DNA of 64,000 nucleotides from NCBI RefSeq assembly GCF_058153355.1, contig NZ_CM177019.1; one strand, 5' to 3'. Shown piece by piece: positions 53,627 to 64,000 of this stretch (position 1 is its first letter; each line of letters starts with the position of its first letter). The notes under the pieces were generated by a model. It saw only the letters and a program-made list of their open reading frames with translations, ran no database searches and was not told where the DNA came from. The position numbers and the translations under genes were made by a program.

Positions 53627-55816
53627 ATGCTTTCAACACAATTTAACAGGGATAATCAACATCAAACCACCTCCAAACCGTCACTACTTGCCGGTTGCAT
53701 AGCACTGGCACTCTTACCTTCCGCCGCTTTTGCTGCACCAGCCACTGAAGAAACGGTGATTGTTGAGGGTTCCGCCACTACTCCAGTTGATGACGAAAAT
53801 GATTACAGCGTAACGTCTACCTCTGCGGGTACCAAAATGCAGATGACTCAACGTGATATTCCTCAGTCGGTCACTATTGTTAGTCAGCAGCGGATGGAAG
53901 ATCAGCAGTTACAAACGCTGGGCGAAGTGATGGAAAACACGCTGGGGATCAGCAAAAGTCAGGCGGATTCCGATCGTGCTCTTTATTATTCCCGCGGATT
54001 CCAGATCGATAACTATATGGTTGATGGTATCCCCACCTATTTTGCATCGCGCTGGAATCTGGGCGACGCACTTTCTGATATGGCACTGTTTGAACGCGTA
54101 GAAGTAGTGCGTGGCGCGACAGGACTCATGACCGGTACGGGTAATCCATCTGCGGCAATTAATATGGTTCGAAAACACGCGACCAGTCGTGAATTTAAAG
54201 GCGATGTTTCAGCAGAATACGGTAGCTGGAACAAAGAACGGTATGTGGCGGATTTACAAAGTCCACTCACCGAAGATGGTAAAATCCGCGCGCGAATTGT
54301 CGGCGGCTACCAGAATAACGACTCATGGCTGGACCGCTACAACAGTGAAAAGACCTTCTTCTCCGGCATTGTTGATGCTGATTTAGGCGATCTTACGACG
54401 CTTTCAGCCGGTTACGAATATCAGCGCATTGATGTTAATAGCCCAACGTGGGGCGGTTTACCGCGCTGGAATACTGATGGCAGCAGCAACAGTTACGATC
54501 GCGCACGCAGTACCGCACCTGACTGGGCGTACAACGATAAAGAGATCAACAAGGTCTTTATGACCCTCAAGCAGCGGTTTGCTGATACCTGGCAAGCGAC
54601 ACTGAATGCCACCCACTCCGAAGTCGAATTTGACAGCAAAATGATGTATGTCGATGCCTATGTAAACAAAGCGGATGGTATGCTGGTTGGGCCATACAGT
54701 AATTATGGACCTGGCTTTGATTATGTCGGCGGCACCGGTTGGAACAGCGGCAAACGTAAAGTTGATGCGCTGGATTTGTTCGCTGACGGTAGTTATGAAT
54801 TGTTTGGTCGTCAGCACAATCTCATGTTTGGTGGCAGTTACAGCAAACAAAACAATCGTTACTTCAGTTCATGGGCCAACATCTTCCCGGATGAAATTGG
54901 CAGTTTCTACAACTTTAATGGCAATTTCCCACAAACCGACTGGTCACCACAGAGTCTGGCGCAGGACGATACCACACATATGAAATCGTTATATGCTGCC
55001 ACTCGTGTCACCCTTGCCGATCCGCTGCATCTGATCCTCGGCGCACGTTATACCAACTGGCGGGTTGATACGCTGACTTACAGCATGGAGAAAAACCACA
55101 CCACGCCTTATGCTGGTCTGGTGTTTGACATTAATGACAACTGGTCGACCTACGCCAGCTATACCTCTATTTTCCAGCCGCAAAATGATCGTGACAGTTC
55201 AGGCAAATATCTGGCTCCAATCACCGGTAACAACTACGAGCTGGGTCTGAAATCGGACTGGATGAATAGCCGTCTGACCACCACGTTAGCCATCTTCCGT
55301 ATTGAGCAGGATAATGTAGCTCAGTCCACCGGTACACCTATCCCCGGCAGCAACGGCGAAACCGCCTATAAAGCGGTGGATGGGACAGTCAGTAAAGGTG
55401 TGGAATTTGAACTCAACGGCGCAATTACCGACAACTGGCAGCTGACGTTTGGCGCAACGCGCTATATTGCAGAAGATAACGAAGGAAACGCCGTTAATCC
55501 TAATCTGCCACGCACCACGGTTAAAATGTTCACCAGCTATCGGTTGCCTGTCATGCCAGAGTTGACGGTCGGCGGTGGTGTTAACTGGCAAAATCGCGTG
55601 TATACCGACACCGTGACACCGTATGGCACCTTCCGCGCCGAGCAAGGTAGCTACGCGCTGGTGGATCTCTTCACCCGCTACCAGGTGACGAAAAACTTCT
55701 CGTTACAGGGGAACGTCAATAACCTGTTCGACAAAACCTACGATACCAACGTGGAAGGTTCTATCGTCTACGGCGCACCGCGTAATTTCAGCATTACCGG
55801 CACGTATCAATTCTGA
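53627..55816 (+). CDS. fhuE: TonB-dependent coprogen/ferric-rhodotorulic acid receptor FhuE
   Basis: 729-aa ORF with signal peptide, TonB box region and C-terminal ...TGTYQF beta-barrel end. Confidence 0.96.
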   Translation: MLSTQFNRDNQHQTTSKPSLLAGCIALALLPSAAFAAPATEETVIVEGSATTPVDDENDYSVTSTSAGTKMQMTQRDIPQSVTIVSQQRMEDQQLQTLGEVMENTLGISKSQADSDRALYYSRGFQIDNYMVDGIPTYFASRWNLGDALSDMALFERVEVVRGATGLMTGTGNPSAAINMVRKHATSREFKGDVSAEYGSWNKERYVADLQSPLTEDGKIRARIVGGYQNNDSWLDRYNSEKTFFSGIVDADLGDLTTLSAGYEYQRIDVNSPTWGGLPRWNTDGSSNSYDRARSTAPDWAYNDKEINKVFMTLKQRFADTWQATLNATHSEVEFDSKMMYVDAYVNKADGMLVGPYSNYGPGFDYVGGTGWNSGKRKVDALDLFADGSYELFGRQHNLMFGGSYSKQNNRYFSSWANIFPDEIGSFYNFNGNFPQTDWSPQSLAQDDTTHMKSLYAATRVTLADPLHLILGARYTNWRVDTLTYSMEKNHTTPYAGLVFDINDNWSTYASYTSIFQPQNDRDSSGKYLAPITGNNYELGLKSDWMNSRLTTTLAIFRIEQDNVAQSTGTPIPGSNGETAYKAVDGTVSKGVEFELNGAITDNWQLTFGATRYIAEDNEGNAVNPNLPRTTVKMFTSYRLPVMPELTVGGGVNWQNRVYTDTVTPYGTFRAEQGSYALVDLFTRYQVTKNFSLQGNVNNLFDKTYDTNVEGSIVYGAPRNFSITGTYQF

Positions 55817-55832
55817 ATAACACCTGTAAAAA

Positions 55833-55855
55833 AGGCAGCCATCTGGCTGCCTTAG
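55833..55855. terminator. Bidirectional terminator between fhuE and ptsG
   Basis: AAAAAAGGCAGCC-ATCT-GGCTGCCTT hairpin between convergent genes. Confidence 0.75.
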
Positions 55856-55875
55856 TCTCCCCAACGTCTTACGGA

Positions 55876-57309
55876 TTAGTGGTTACGGATGTACTCATCC
55901 ATCTCGGTTTTCAGGTTATCGGATTTAGTACCGAAAATCGCCTGAACACCAGAACCAGCAACCACTACGCCCGCTGCGCCCAGTTTCTTCAGGCCAGCCT
56001 GATCCACTTTAGACACATCAGCAACGCTGACGCGCAGACGGGTAATACATGCGTCGAGGTTAGTGATGTTTTCTTTACCACCAAACGCAGCAACCAGAGC
56101 CGGTGCCATTTCGCTGGTACCTGTCGCTTTTGCATCATCAGTCGCGTCTTCACGACCCGGCGTTTTCAGATCCAGTGCTTTAATCAGCACGCGGAAGATG
56201 GTGTAGTAAACAATTGCATAACCGATACCGACGATCGGGAACAGCCACAGTTTGCTGCTGTTACCAGACAGAACGATGAAGTCGATCAGACCGTGCGAGA
56301 ACGACGTACCGTCACGCATCCCCAGAAGAATACAGATTGGGAATGCCAGGCCTGCCAGAATCGCGTGGATGATGTACAGGATCGGCGCAACGAACATGAA
56401 GGAGAACTCGATCGGCTCGGTGATACCGGTCAGGAACGAGGTCAGCGCCGCGGAGATCATAATACCGCCCACTTTCGCGCGGTTTTCTGGTTTAGCAGAG
56501 TGCCAGATAGCAATTGCGGCAGCTGGCAGACCGTACATTTTGAACAGGAAGCCACCAGACAGTTTACCCGCAGTCGGGTCACCCGCCATATAACGCGGAA
56601 TGTCGCCGTGGAAAACCTGACCTGCAGCGTTGGTGTATTCACCAATCTGCATCTGGAAAGGTACGTTCCAGATGTGGTGCAGACCAAACGGTACCAGGCA
56701 ACGTTCGATGAAACCGTAAATGCCAAACGCAACTACCGGGTTCTGGTAAGCAGCCCACTGAGAGAAGGTCTGGATTGCAGAACCAATAGGCGGCCAAATG
56801 AAGGACAGCACAACGCCAGTAAAGATGGCAGCCAGGCCTGAAATGATCGGCACAAAGCGTTTACCGGCAAAGAAGCCAAGATACTCAGGCAGCTTAATAC
56901 GGTAGAAACGGTTAAACATGTACGCTGCGATCGCACCGGAGATAATCCCCCCGAGTACGCCAGTATCCGCCAGGTGTTTAGAGGCGATTTCTTCAGCAGG
57001 TAAATGCAGTACCAGTGGCGCAACCACGGCCATGGTTTTAACCATGATGCCATAGGCAACAACTGCGGCCAGCGCGGATACGCCATCGTTATTGGTAAAG
57101 CCGAGGGCGACACCGATCGCAAAAATCAGTGGCATGTTTGCAAAGACGGAACCGCCTGCTTCTGCCATAACATGCGATACAACGGCGGGCAGCCAGCTGA
57201 AATTCGCGGAACCGACGCCCAGCAGAATACCTGCGATAGGCAGTACGGATACCGGCAGCATCAGCGATTTACCGACCTTTTGCAGGTTAGCAAATGCATT
57301 CTTAAACAT
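55876..57309 (-). CDS. ptsG: Glucose-specific PTS enzyme IICB (PtsG)
   Basis: 477-aa [34 protein letters not shown]...; IIB domain with the phosphorylatable-Cys motif (CITRLR). Confidence 0.97.
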
Positions 57310-57602
57310 AATTGAGAGTGCTCCTGAGTATGGGTGCTTTTTTACGTTCTCACGCGTGGCAAGGGGGGAGAGCCTCGCCGTGTACAGGGCATCTAAGCGC
57401 CCTTTATTTATTACACAGAGTAAAATAATTCAGTGCCGATTTGTTTGACGGCTATCACGTTTCAACTTCAGATCATTGGAGAAGTTGCACATTTTGACAA
57501 AACATATGTCACAATATTTCAAACGTGGTTATTCACCGCCCAATTTTCGGCGGTGAACTTTACTCGTTTTAGCCATTAATTACGAGCTTTAAAAAAACTC
57601 AT

Positions 57603-58400
57603 TCAACGGATGGATTGAAGGCGGGAAGCGTCGATGTGAAACAGACGGGCGAAGTTATCGGTGGTTACCTGCGCCAGTTCTTCAACGGCAACACCTTTCA
57701 ACACAGCCATGTATTCTGCAACGTCACGAACCATCGCAGGTTGATTCTCTTTTCCTCGATGCGGAACCGGTGCAAGGTAAGGTGAGTCAGTTTCTACCAG
57801 TAACCGATCGAGGGGGACATAACGCGCGGCATCGCGCAGTTGCTCCGCATTACGGAAGGTCACAATGCCGGAAAAGGAGATGTAAAATCCGAGATCCAGT
57901 AATTTACCCACCGTTTCTCTGTCCTCTGTAAAACAGTGTAGTACGCCACCGCAATCCGTCACTTTTTCTTCGCGCAGAATTGCCAGCGTATCGGCGCGGG
58001 CGTCACGGGTGTGGACGATAACCGGCTTGTTCAGTTCACGACCAATCTGGATATGATGGATGAAGGACTCTTGCTGCCGTACTTTAGTTTCCGGCGTGTA
58101 ATAATAATCCAACCCGGTTTCACCCAGCGCAACAACGCCCTCTTCTGCCGCCAGACGGCGTAAATCTTCTACATCGTAGGGATCATTCTGGTTGAGTGGA
58201 TGCACGCCACAAGAAAATACGACGTTGTCACGTTCACCTACCAGATCCCGCATGTGTAAATAACCCGGTAATGTTGTGGCGACTGCCAGACAAAATTTCA
58301 CATCGCGTGCGGCGGCTTTCGCCAGAACGTCATCCACGTCCTTATGCAAAGATTCATAATCCAGACCATCGAGATGGCAGTGTGAGTCGACTAAAAACAT
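57603..58400 (-). CDS. ycfH: TatD-family metal-dependent DNase YcfH
   Basis: 265 aa from [11 protein letters not shown]. Confidence 0.93.
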   Translation of the reverse strand: MFLVDSHCHLDGLDYESLHKDVDDVLAKAAARDVKFCLAVATTLPGYLHMRDLVGERDNVVFSCGVHPLNQNDPYDVEDLRRLAAEEGVVALGETGLDYYYTPETKVRQQESFIHHIQIGRELNKPVIVHTRDARADTLAILREEKVTDCGGVLHCFTEDRETVGKLLDLGFYISFSGIVTFRNAEQLRDAARYVPLDRLLVETDSPYLAPVPHRGKENQPAMVRDVAEYMAVLKGVAVEELAQVTTDNFARLFHIDASRLQSIR

Positions 58401-58410
58401 GATGTTTCTC

Positions 58411-59415
58411 TTAAAGATGAGGAACCGGTAGCACAACGCCCGGTTGCAGGTAATGCTCAATACGCAGTAAAAGATCGGTGATGAGAAGCTCGCGGTTAAT
58501 ACCTGTGACAGACATTAACTGTTCACGAATGTGGCAAACATCCCCCAGTATAGCCTGCAGACGCGAGGGAGAAAGATGGTTTGCCAGTTCGACGACCAGG
58601 CCCGGCACATCAACATTGGTCACCTGCGCAGCGCCATGATGGCGTTTTAGCGCATCCATCAGCAACGTTGCCAGCCAGTGTAAACGCGCCGGAGCTTGTT
58701 CATGATTAAGGGCCGCTAGCAGCGAATACCAGTCGTCCGATTGCACGCTATATGCCAGCGCCTGACACAATGTTTCACGAGCCTGCCAGATATCTCCCTG
58801 AAACAACGCCAGTGCCGCACCAGGCGAACCAGCGCTTAAGCGCAATGCGGCAAGTAATGCATCCTGTGACATTGTCACTTCGCGTGAAAGCCAGGTCACG
58901 GCGTACTGTTCCGGCGGCGGCGCAAGGTAATGTAACCGACAACGACTACGTAATGTTGCCAGTAAACGTTCAGGCTCGCGGGTAGCAAGGAAAAACCAGG
59001 TTTCTGCTGGCGGCTCTTCAAGCGTTTTCAGCAATGCGTTAGCCGCGGCGTCAGTCAGTAAGGCAGCATCGGTTACCCAGACAACTTTTGCACCGCCTAA
59101 GCGTGCGTGCTCATTCAGCTTTTCGGTAACTTCACGTACCGCATCAATGCCCAGCGCATTTTTCCCTTTTTCAGGAGCCAGGATATAATAATCGGGATGC
59201 GTGCCAGCCTGCATCAACTGACATCCACGACAGTGACCGCAACTTTTGTGGCCCTGAGGTTGTTGGCAGAGTAAATAACGGCTCAGAGCGTAGATTAAAG
59301 CATCATCGCCCATACCCGGTAACGCCTGAATGAGTAGCGCATGGTGACCTCTTCCGGCCTGATAGCTGGCTACCAGTTTTTCGAAATCAGGTCGTAACCA
59401 TGGATACCATCTCAT
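58411..59415 (-). CDS. holB: DNA polymerase III delta-prime subunit HolB
   Basis: 334-aa [31 protein letters not shown]... Confidence 0.95.
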   Translation of the reverse strand: MRWYPWLRPDFEKLVASYQAGRGHHALLIQALPGMGDDALIYALSRYLLCQQPQGHKSCGHCRGCQLMQAGTHPDYYILAPEKGKNALGIDAVREVTEKLNEHARLGGAKVVWVTDAALLTDAAANALLKTLEEPPAETWFFLATREPERLLATLRSRCRLHYLAPPPEQYAVTWLSREVTMSQDALLAALRLSAGSPGAALALFQGDIWQARETLCQALAYSVQSDDWYSLLAALNHEQAPARLHWLATLLMDALKRHHGAAQVTNVDVPGLVVELANHLSPSRLQAILGDVCHIREQLMSVTGINRELLITDLLLRIEHYLQPGVVLPVPHL

Positions 59416-60053
59416 GCGTTCTGCTCCTTAACCCAATTGGTCACGGTAGTGCGGATTGCATCCATGACGGCCTCCAGCGGATGGGTGGCATCAATGGTAT
59501 GAATGCTTTTATCTTGTGCTGCCAGTTCCAGATAGCGGGCGCGGGTGCGATTAAAGAAATCGAAAGACTCTTGCTCAATACGATCCAGCTCGCCGCGCGC
59601 ACGCGCGCGTTTTAAGCCAACTTCCGGGGTAACATCGAGATAGAGCGTTAAGTCGGGGCGAAAATCCCCGAGAACAGCATCACGCAATGTTGCCAGCATA
59701 TGTTGGTCAATACCACGTCCGCCGCCCTGATACGCCTGAGTAGAGAGATCGTGGCGATCGCCAATCACCCAGGTGCCGTTAGTCAGCGCAGGTTTGATGA
59801 CCGTTTCTACCAGTTGAACGCGCGCGGCATAAAACATCAGAACTTCGGCTTTATCGGTAATGACTTCATCGCCTACCGATTTGATATCCAGCACCAGGCT
59901 TCTTAACTTTTCGGCAAGTTGCGTACCGCCAGGTTCCCGAGTGAAAACCATGTCGCGAATACCCAGTTGCTCGAGCGTCTCAACCACCACGTTACGCGCG
60001 GTAGTTTTGCCTGCGCCTTCCAGCCCCTCAATGACGATATACTTACTGCGCAT
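59412..60053 (-). CDS. tmk: Thymidylate kinase Tmk
   Basis: 213-aa ORF with P-loop ([10 protein letters not shown]); overlaps holB start. Confidence 0.96.
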   Translation of the reverse strand: MRSKYIVIEGLEGAGKTTARNVVVETLEQLGIRDMVFTREPGGTQLAEKLRSLVLDIKSVGDEVITDKAEVLMFYAARVQLVETVIKPALTNGTWVIGDRHDLSTQAYQGGGRGIDQHMLATLRDAVLGDFRPDLTLYLDVTPEVGLKRARARGELDRIEQESFDFFNRTRARYLELAAQDKSIHTIDATHPLEAVMDAIRTTVTNWVKEQNA

Positions 60054-61065
60054 TTTTTTCCTTAAGCACTTTCAGATAATCCTGCACAGACTTGTTATGA
60101 CTGGCAAGATTGGTATTAAACGTGTGACCACCTTTACCATCGGCCACAAAATAGAGATACGGCGTTTTTGCCGGATGCGCAGCAGCCTTCAGCGAATCCG
60201 CCCCCGGCGTCGCTATCGCACCTGGCGGCAAACCGGTAATGGTATAGGTGTTATACGCTGTCGGCGTTTCCAGGTCTGCACGAGAAAGTTTGCCATTATA
60301 ACGCTCTCCCATCCCGTAAATCACGGTCGGGTCGGTCTGCAGGCGCATACCAATGCGTAAACGGTTGATAAATACCGAGGCAACCTGATCGCGTTCGCTG
60401 GAAACGGCGGTTTCTTTTTCGATAATTGATGCCATCGTCACCAACTGGTTTTTATCTTTATAAGGCAGACCGTCCGCACGCCCTTCCCAGGCGCTATCGA
60501 CCGCTTTCACCATTTTCTTGTGCGCTCGCTTGAGTAACGCGACATCGGTGGTATTAGCGGTATACATCCAGGTGTCTGGCCAGAACCAACCTTCAATCCA
60601 CTCCGGGTTTTCCAGTTCAAGTGCCTGCGCTACGGTGGCGTACTTATCGTCGCTCAGCGTGTGCTTGATATACGGGGCCTCACGCAATTGCTTGAGGTAA
60701 TCGCTCAAACGCATCCCTTCTACCAGTCGCAGAGGGAACTGTGCTTCTTTACCGCTTTCCAGCAATTTCAGCATCTCACGTACGGTCATCTGCGGTGTAA
60801 AGCGGTAAGTCCCGGCTTTAAAGTGAGAAAGATCCGGTTCGATACGCAGCAGCCATTGAAAAACCCGTGGGCGATTGATGATCTTATCGGCGTAAAGCTG
60901 TTCACCGAGCGCCAGACGTCCGGTCCCTGACTTCAGGGTAAATATCGTCTCTTCTTTGATAAGCAATTTGCTGTCGGCAAGATGGCGAACCTTCCAGACG
61001 CCCACACCAGCGGCGATACCCAGTACCACCAGCAATAACAAGATAATCAATAACACTTTTTTCAT
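60043..61065 (-). CDS. mltG: Endolytic murein transglycosylase MltG (YceG)
   Basis: 340-aa ORF with N-terminal TM segment and YceG domain. Confidence 0.94.
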   Translation of the reverse strand: MKKVLLIILLLLVVLGIAAGVGVWKVRHLADSKLLIKEETIFTLKSGTGRLALGEQLYADKIINRPRVFQWLLRIEPDLSHFKAGTYRFTPQMTVREMLKLLESGKEAQFPLRLVEGMRLSDYLKQLREAPYIKHTLSDDKYATVAQALELENPEWIEGWFWPDTWMYTANTTDVALLKRAHKKMVKAVDSAWEGRADGLPYKDKNQLVTMASIIEKETAVSSERDQVASVFINRLRIGMRLQTDPTVIYGMGERYNGKLSRADLETPTAYNTYTITGLPPGAIATPGADSLKAAAHPAKTPYLYFVADGKGGHTFNTNLASHNKSVQDYLKVLKEKNAQ

Positions 61066-61067
61066 GA

Positions 61068-61877
61068 CTAATTCGGGCGCTCACAAAGTGGGGCTAAATA
61101 TTCATATAACGTTGCTGACGAAAAGGAGACATCGCCACAGGCACGTACGGGCATCACTGGCATTAACGCATTACAAATAACCATCTCATCTGCCTGCAAC
61201 GCCTCTTCCAGAGTGGCTTGCACTTCGACAAGCTGATAAGAGGATTGTGCCAGTAAACGGATACAGAATTGTCGCATAATGCCGTTAACACCTGCCTGCT
61301 CCAGTCGCGGCGTATAAACTACATTGCCCTTCCGCCAGAACAAATTAGCCGCACAGCATTCCGTAACCCACCCTTCGCTGTCAAGGACCAGCGCCTCATC
61401 AGCGTTTGTCTGCTCAAGATGAGAGCGGATCAATACTTGTTCAAGCCGATTAAGATGTTTAATACCTGCAAGATGAGGATTGCGCCCCAGCCGCACCGGG
61501 CTTAGCGCCAACATCATCCCCTCGTTACGCAAACGATCGTAATGTGCAGGATAAGCCGTAACGGAGAGAATCCGCGTTGCCGGTCCGCTGTTCAATGTGC
61601 TGTACCCTCGCCCGCCACTACCGCGACTGATCACGACCTTCAGCACACCATTCTGCTGTTCTGCTGCCAGCGTTTTCATCTCTTGTTCAAGCTGAGGCCA
61701 GAAGTCACAGGTAATCATCAACCGCTGACAAGCTTCCCGCAGTCGCTGGATATGTGCCGATAACAAACTGACTTTACCGCCGATAACTCTGGCGGTGGTG
61801 AAACAACCATCGCCAAACTGCGTAGCCCGATCGCTTGCTGCCAGCGATTCCTGCTTATGACCGTTAATTAAGAACAT
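61068..61877 (-). CDS. pabC: Aminodeoxychorismate lyase PabC
   Basis: 269-aa ORF, class IV aminotransferase fold. Confidence 0.93.
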   Translation of the reverse strand: MFLINGHKQESLAASDRATQFGDGCFTTARVIGGKVSLLSAHIQRLREACQRLMITCDFWPQLEQEMKTLAAEQQNGVLKVVISRGSGGRGYSTLNSGPATRILSVTAYPAHYDRLRNEGMMLALSPVRLGRNPHLAGIKHLNRLEQVLIRSHLEQTNADEALVLDSEGWVTECCAANLFWRKGNVVYTPRLEQAGVNGIMRQFCIRLLAQSSYQLVEVQATLEEALQADEMVICNALMPVMPVRACGDVSFSSATLYEYLAPLCERPN

Positions 61878-61996
61878 ACCAACTCCTTACCAGAGAATTG
61901 TTAGTGTGGCAGCATGTTCACTACGGAACAAGTCGGAATAAAAGCTAAGAAAAAAGGCCCGCAAGCGGACCTTTTATAAGGGTGGGAAATGACAAC

Positions 61997-63268
<1,272 letters not shown>

Positions 63269-63292
63269 CTAGTGGGACAAAAAGATAAAACT

Positions 63293-63315
63293 CAGGCGGT
63301 CGAACGACCGCCTGG
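63293..63315 (-). terminator. Rho-independent terminator after acpP
   Basis: On the minus strand, CAGGCGGTCGTTCGACCGCCTG hairpin followed by a T-rich tract. Confidence 0.7.
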
Positions 63316-63325
63316 AGATGTTCAC

Positions 63326-63562
63326 TTACGCCTGGTGGCCGTTGATGTAATCAATGGCAGCCTGAACGGTGGTGATTTTCTCAGCTTCTTCGTCCGGAAT
63401 CTCAGTATCAAACTCTTCTTCCAGAGCCATTACCAGCTCAACGGTGTCAAGAGAATCCGCGCCCAGGTCTTCAACGAAAGAAGCATTGTTGGTAACTTCT
63501 TCCTGCTTAACGCCCAGCTGTTCGCCGATAATTTTCTTAACGCGTTCTTCGATAGTGCTCAT
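63326..63562 (-). CDS. acpP: Acyl carrier protein AcpP
   Basis: 78 aa [23 protein letters not shown]...; phosphopantetheine attachment motif DSLD. Confidence 0.98.
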
Positions 63563-63772
63563 ACTCTTAAATTTCCTATCAAAACTCGCTTTCGCGATGG
63601 TTTTCGTAGTGTATAAAATGTTGAAAAATTTGCAACTAAATCCCGGCAGGTCTTACCACGATTTTACGTTATTTTGAGGCCTTACCCCCCAATAACGCAA
63701 ATCATTTTGCACTAATTATTACTCATAACCACGCAGACTGCGCGCAACATGAGCATTTTGTGCAAATCGCGG

Positions 63773-64000
63773 TCAGACCATGTACATCCCGCCGTTCACA
63801 TGCAAAGTTTCACCCGTGATGTAAGCTGCTTCGTCGGATGCCAGGAATGCAACCGCGTTGGCGATTTCCTGTGCACCGCCGAGGCGACCCGCAGGAACCT
63901 GCGCCAGGATACCCGCACGCTGGTCATCGCTCAGCGCACGTGTCATGTCCGTTTCAATAAAGCCCGGAGCAACAACGTTTACAGTAATACCGCGTGACGC
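63773..64000 (-). CDS. fabG: 3-oxoacyl-ACP reductase FabG, C-terminal part (5' end beyond the window)
   Basis: Minus-strand frame ends ...GGMYMV*; SDR-family C-terminus; synteny fabG-acpP-fabF. Confidence 0.85.
   Translation of the reverse strand, partial: ASRGITVNVVAPGFIETDMTRALSDDQRAGILAQVPAGRLGGAQEIANAVAFLASDEAAYITGETLHVNGGMYMV

Noticed and set aside
55879-56841. 320-aa plus-strand ORF
   Set aside because: Antisense to ptsG; Arg-rich low-complexity translation typical of reverse-frame artefacts.

Overview
This window is an Escherichia coli-type chromosomal segment, collinear (in reverse orientation) with the K-12 interval from ycgH through fabG; gene identities rest on my recognition of the translated ORFs and gene order, not on a database search. 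Most of it is conserved core: the ymgG/ymgD/ymgF/pdeG cluster, the ycgZ-ymgA-ariR-ymgC connector operon with bluF-bluR, icd, rluE-nudJ-mnmA-hflD-purB, phoPQ, roxA, pepT, potABCD, cobB, nagK, lolCDE, ycfT, mfd, ldtC, bhsA, comR, ycfJ, ndh, ycfP-nagZ-thiK-lpoB-ycfL-hinT, fhuE, ptsG, ycfH-holB-tmk-mltG-pabC, fabF, acpP and the 3' end of fabG. Three accessory insertions stand out. (1) An IS621-like IS110-family element (48071..49352) with an intact 326-aa recombinase and the upstream non-coding region that encodes the bridge RNA, sitting in a REP sequence between ndh and ycfP. (2) A group II intron (about 31100..33453) with a full RT-maturase-HNH intron-encoded protein and a recognisable domain V, in the potD-cobB interval. 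(3) An island of about 6.3 kb at the icd 3' end (10067..16320), bounded by imperfect direct repeats of the icd terminator and last codons, in place of an e14-type prophage. The island carries iraM, an AriR/YmgB-family paralog, an AT-rich TrkG-like K+ transporter gene, an IS903-like transposase remnant, and a 458-aa protein I cannot place in any family. That protein has an internal tandem duplication and a Cys/His-rich basic C-terminus, and it is the best candidate here for something undescribed. No rRNA, tRNA or CRISPR array was seen.
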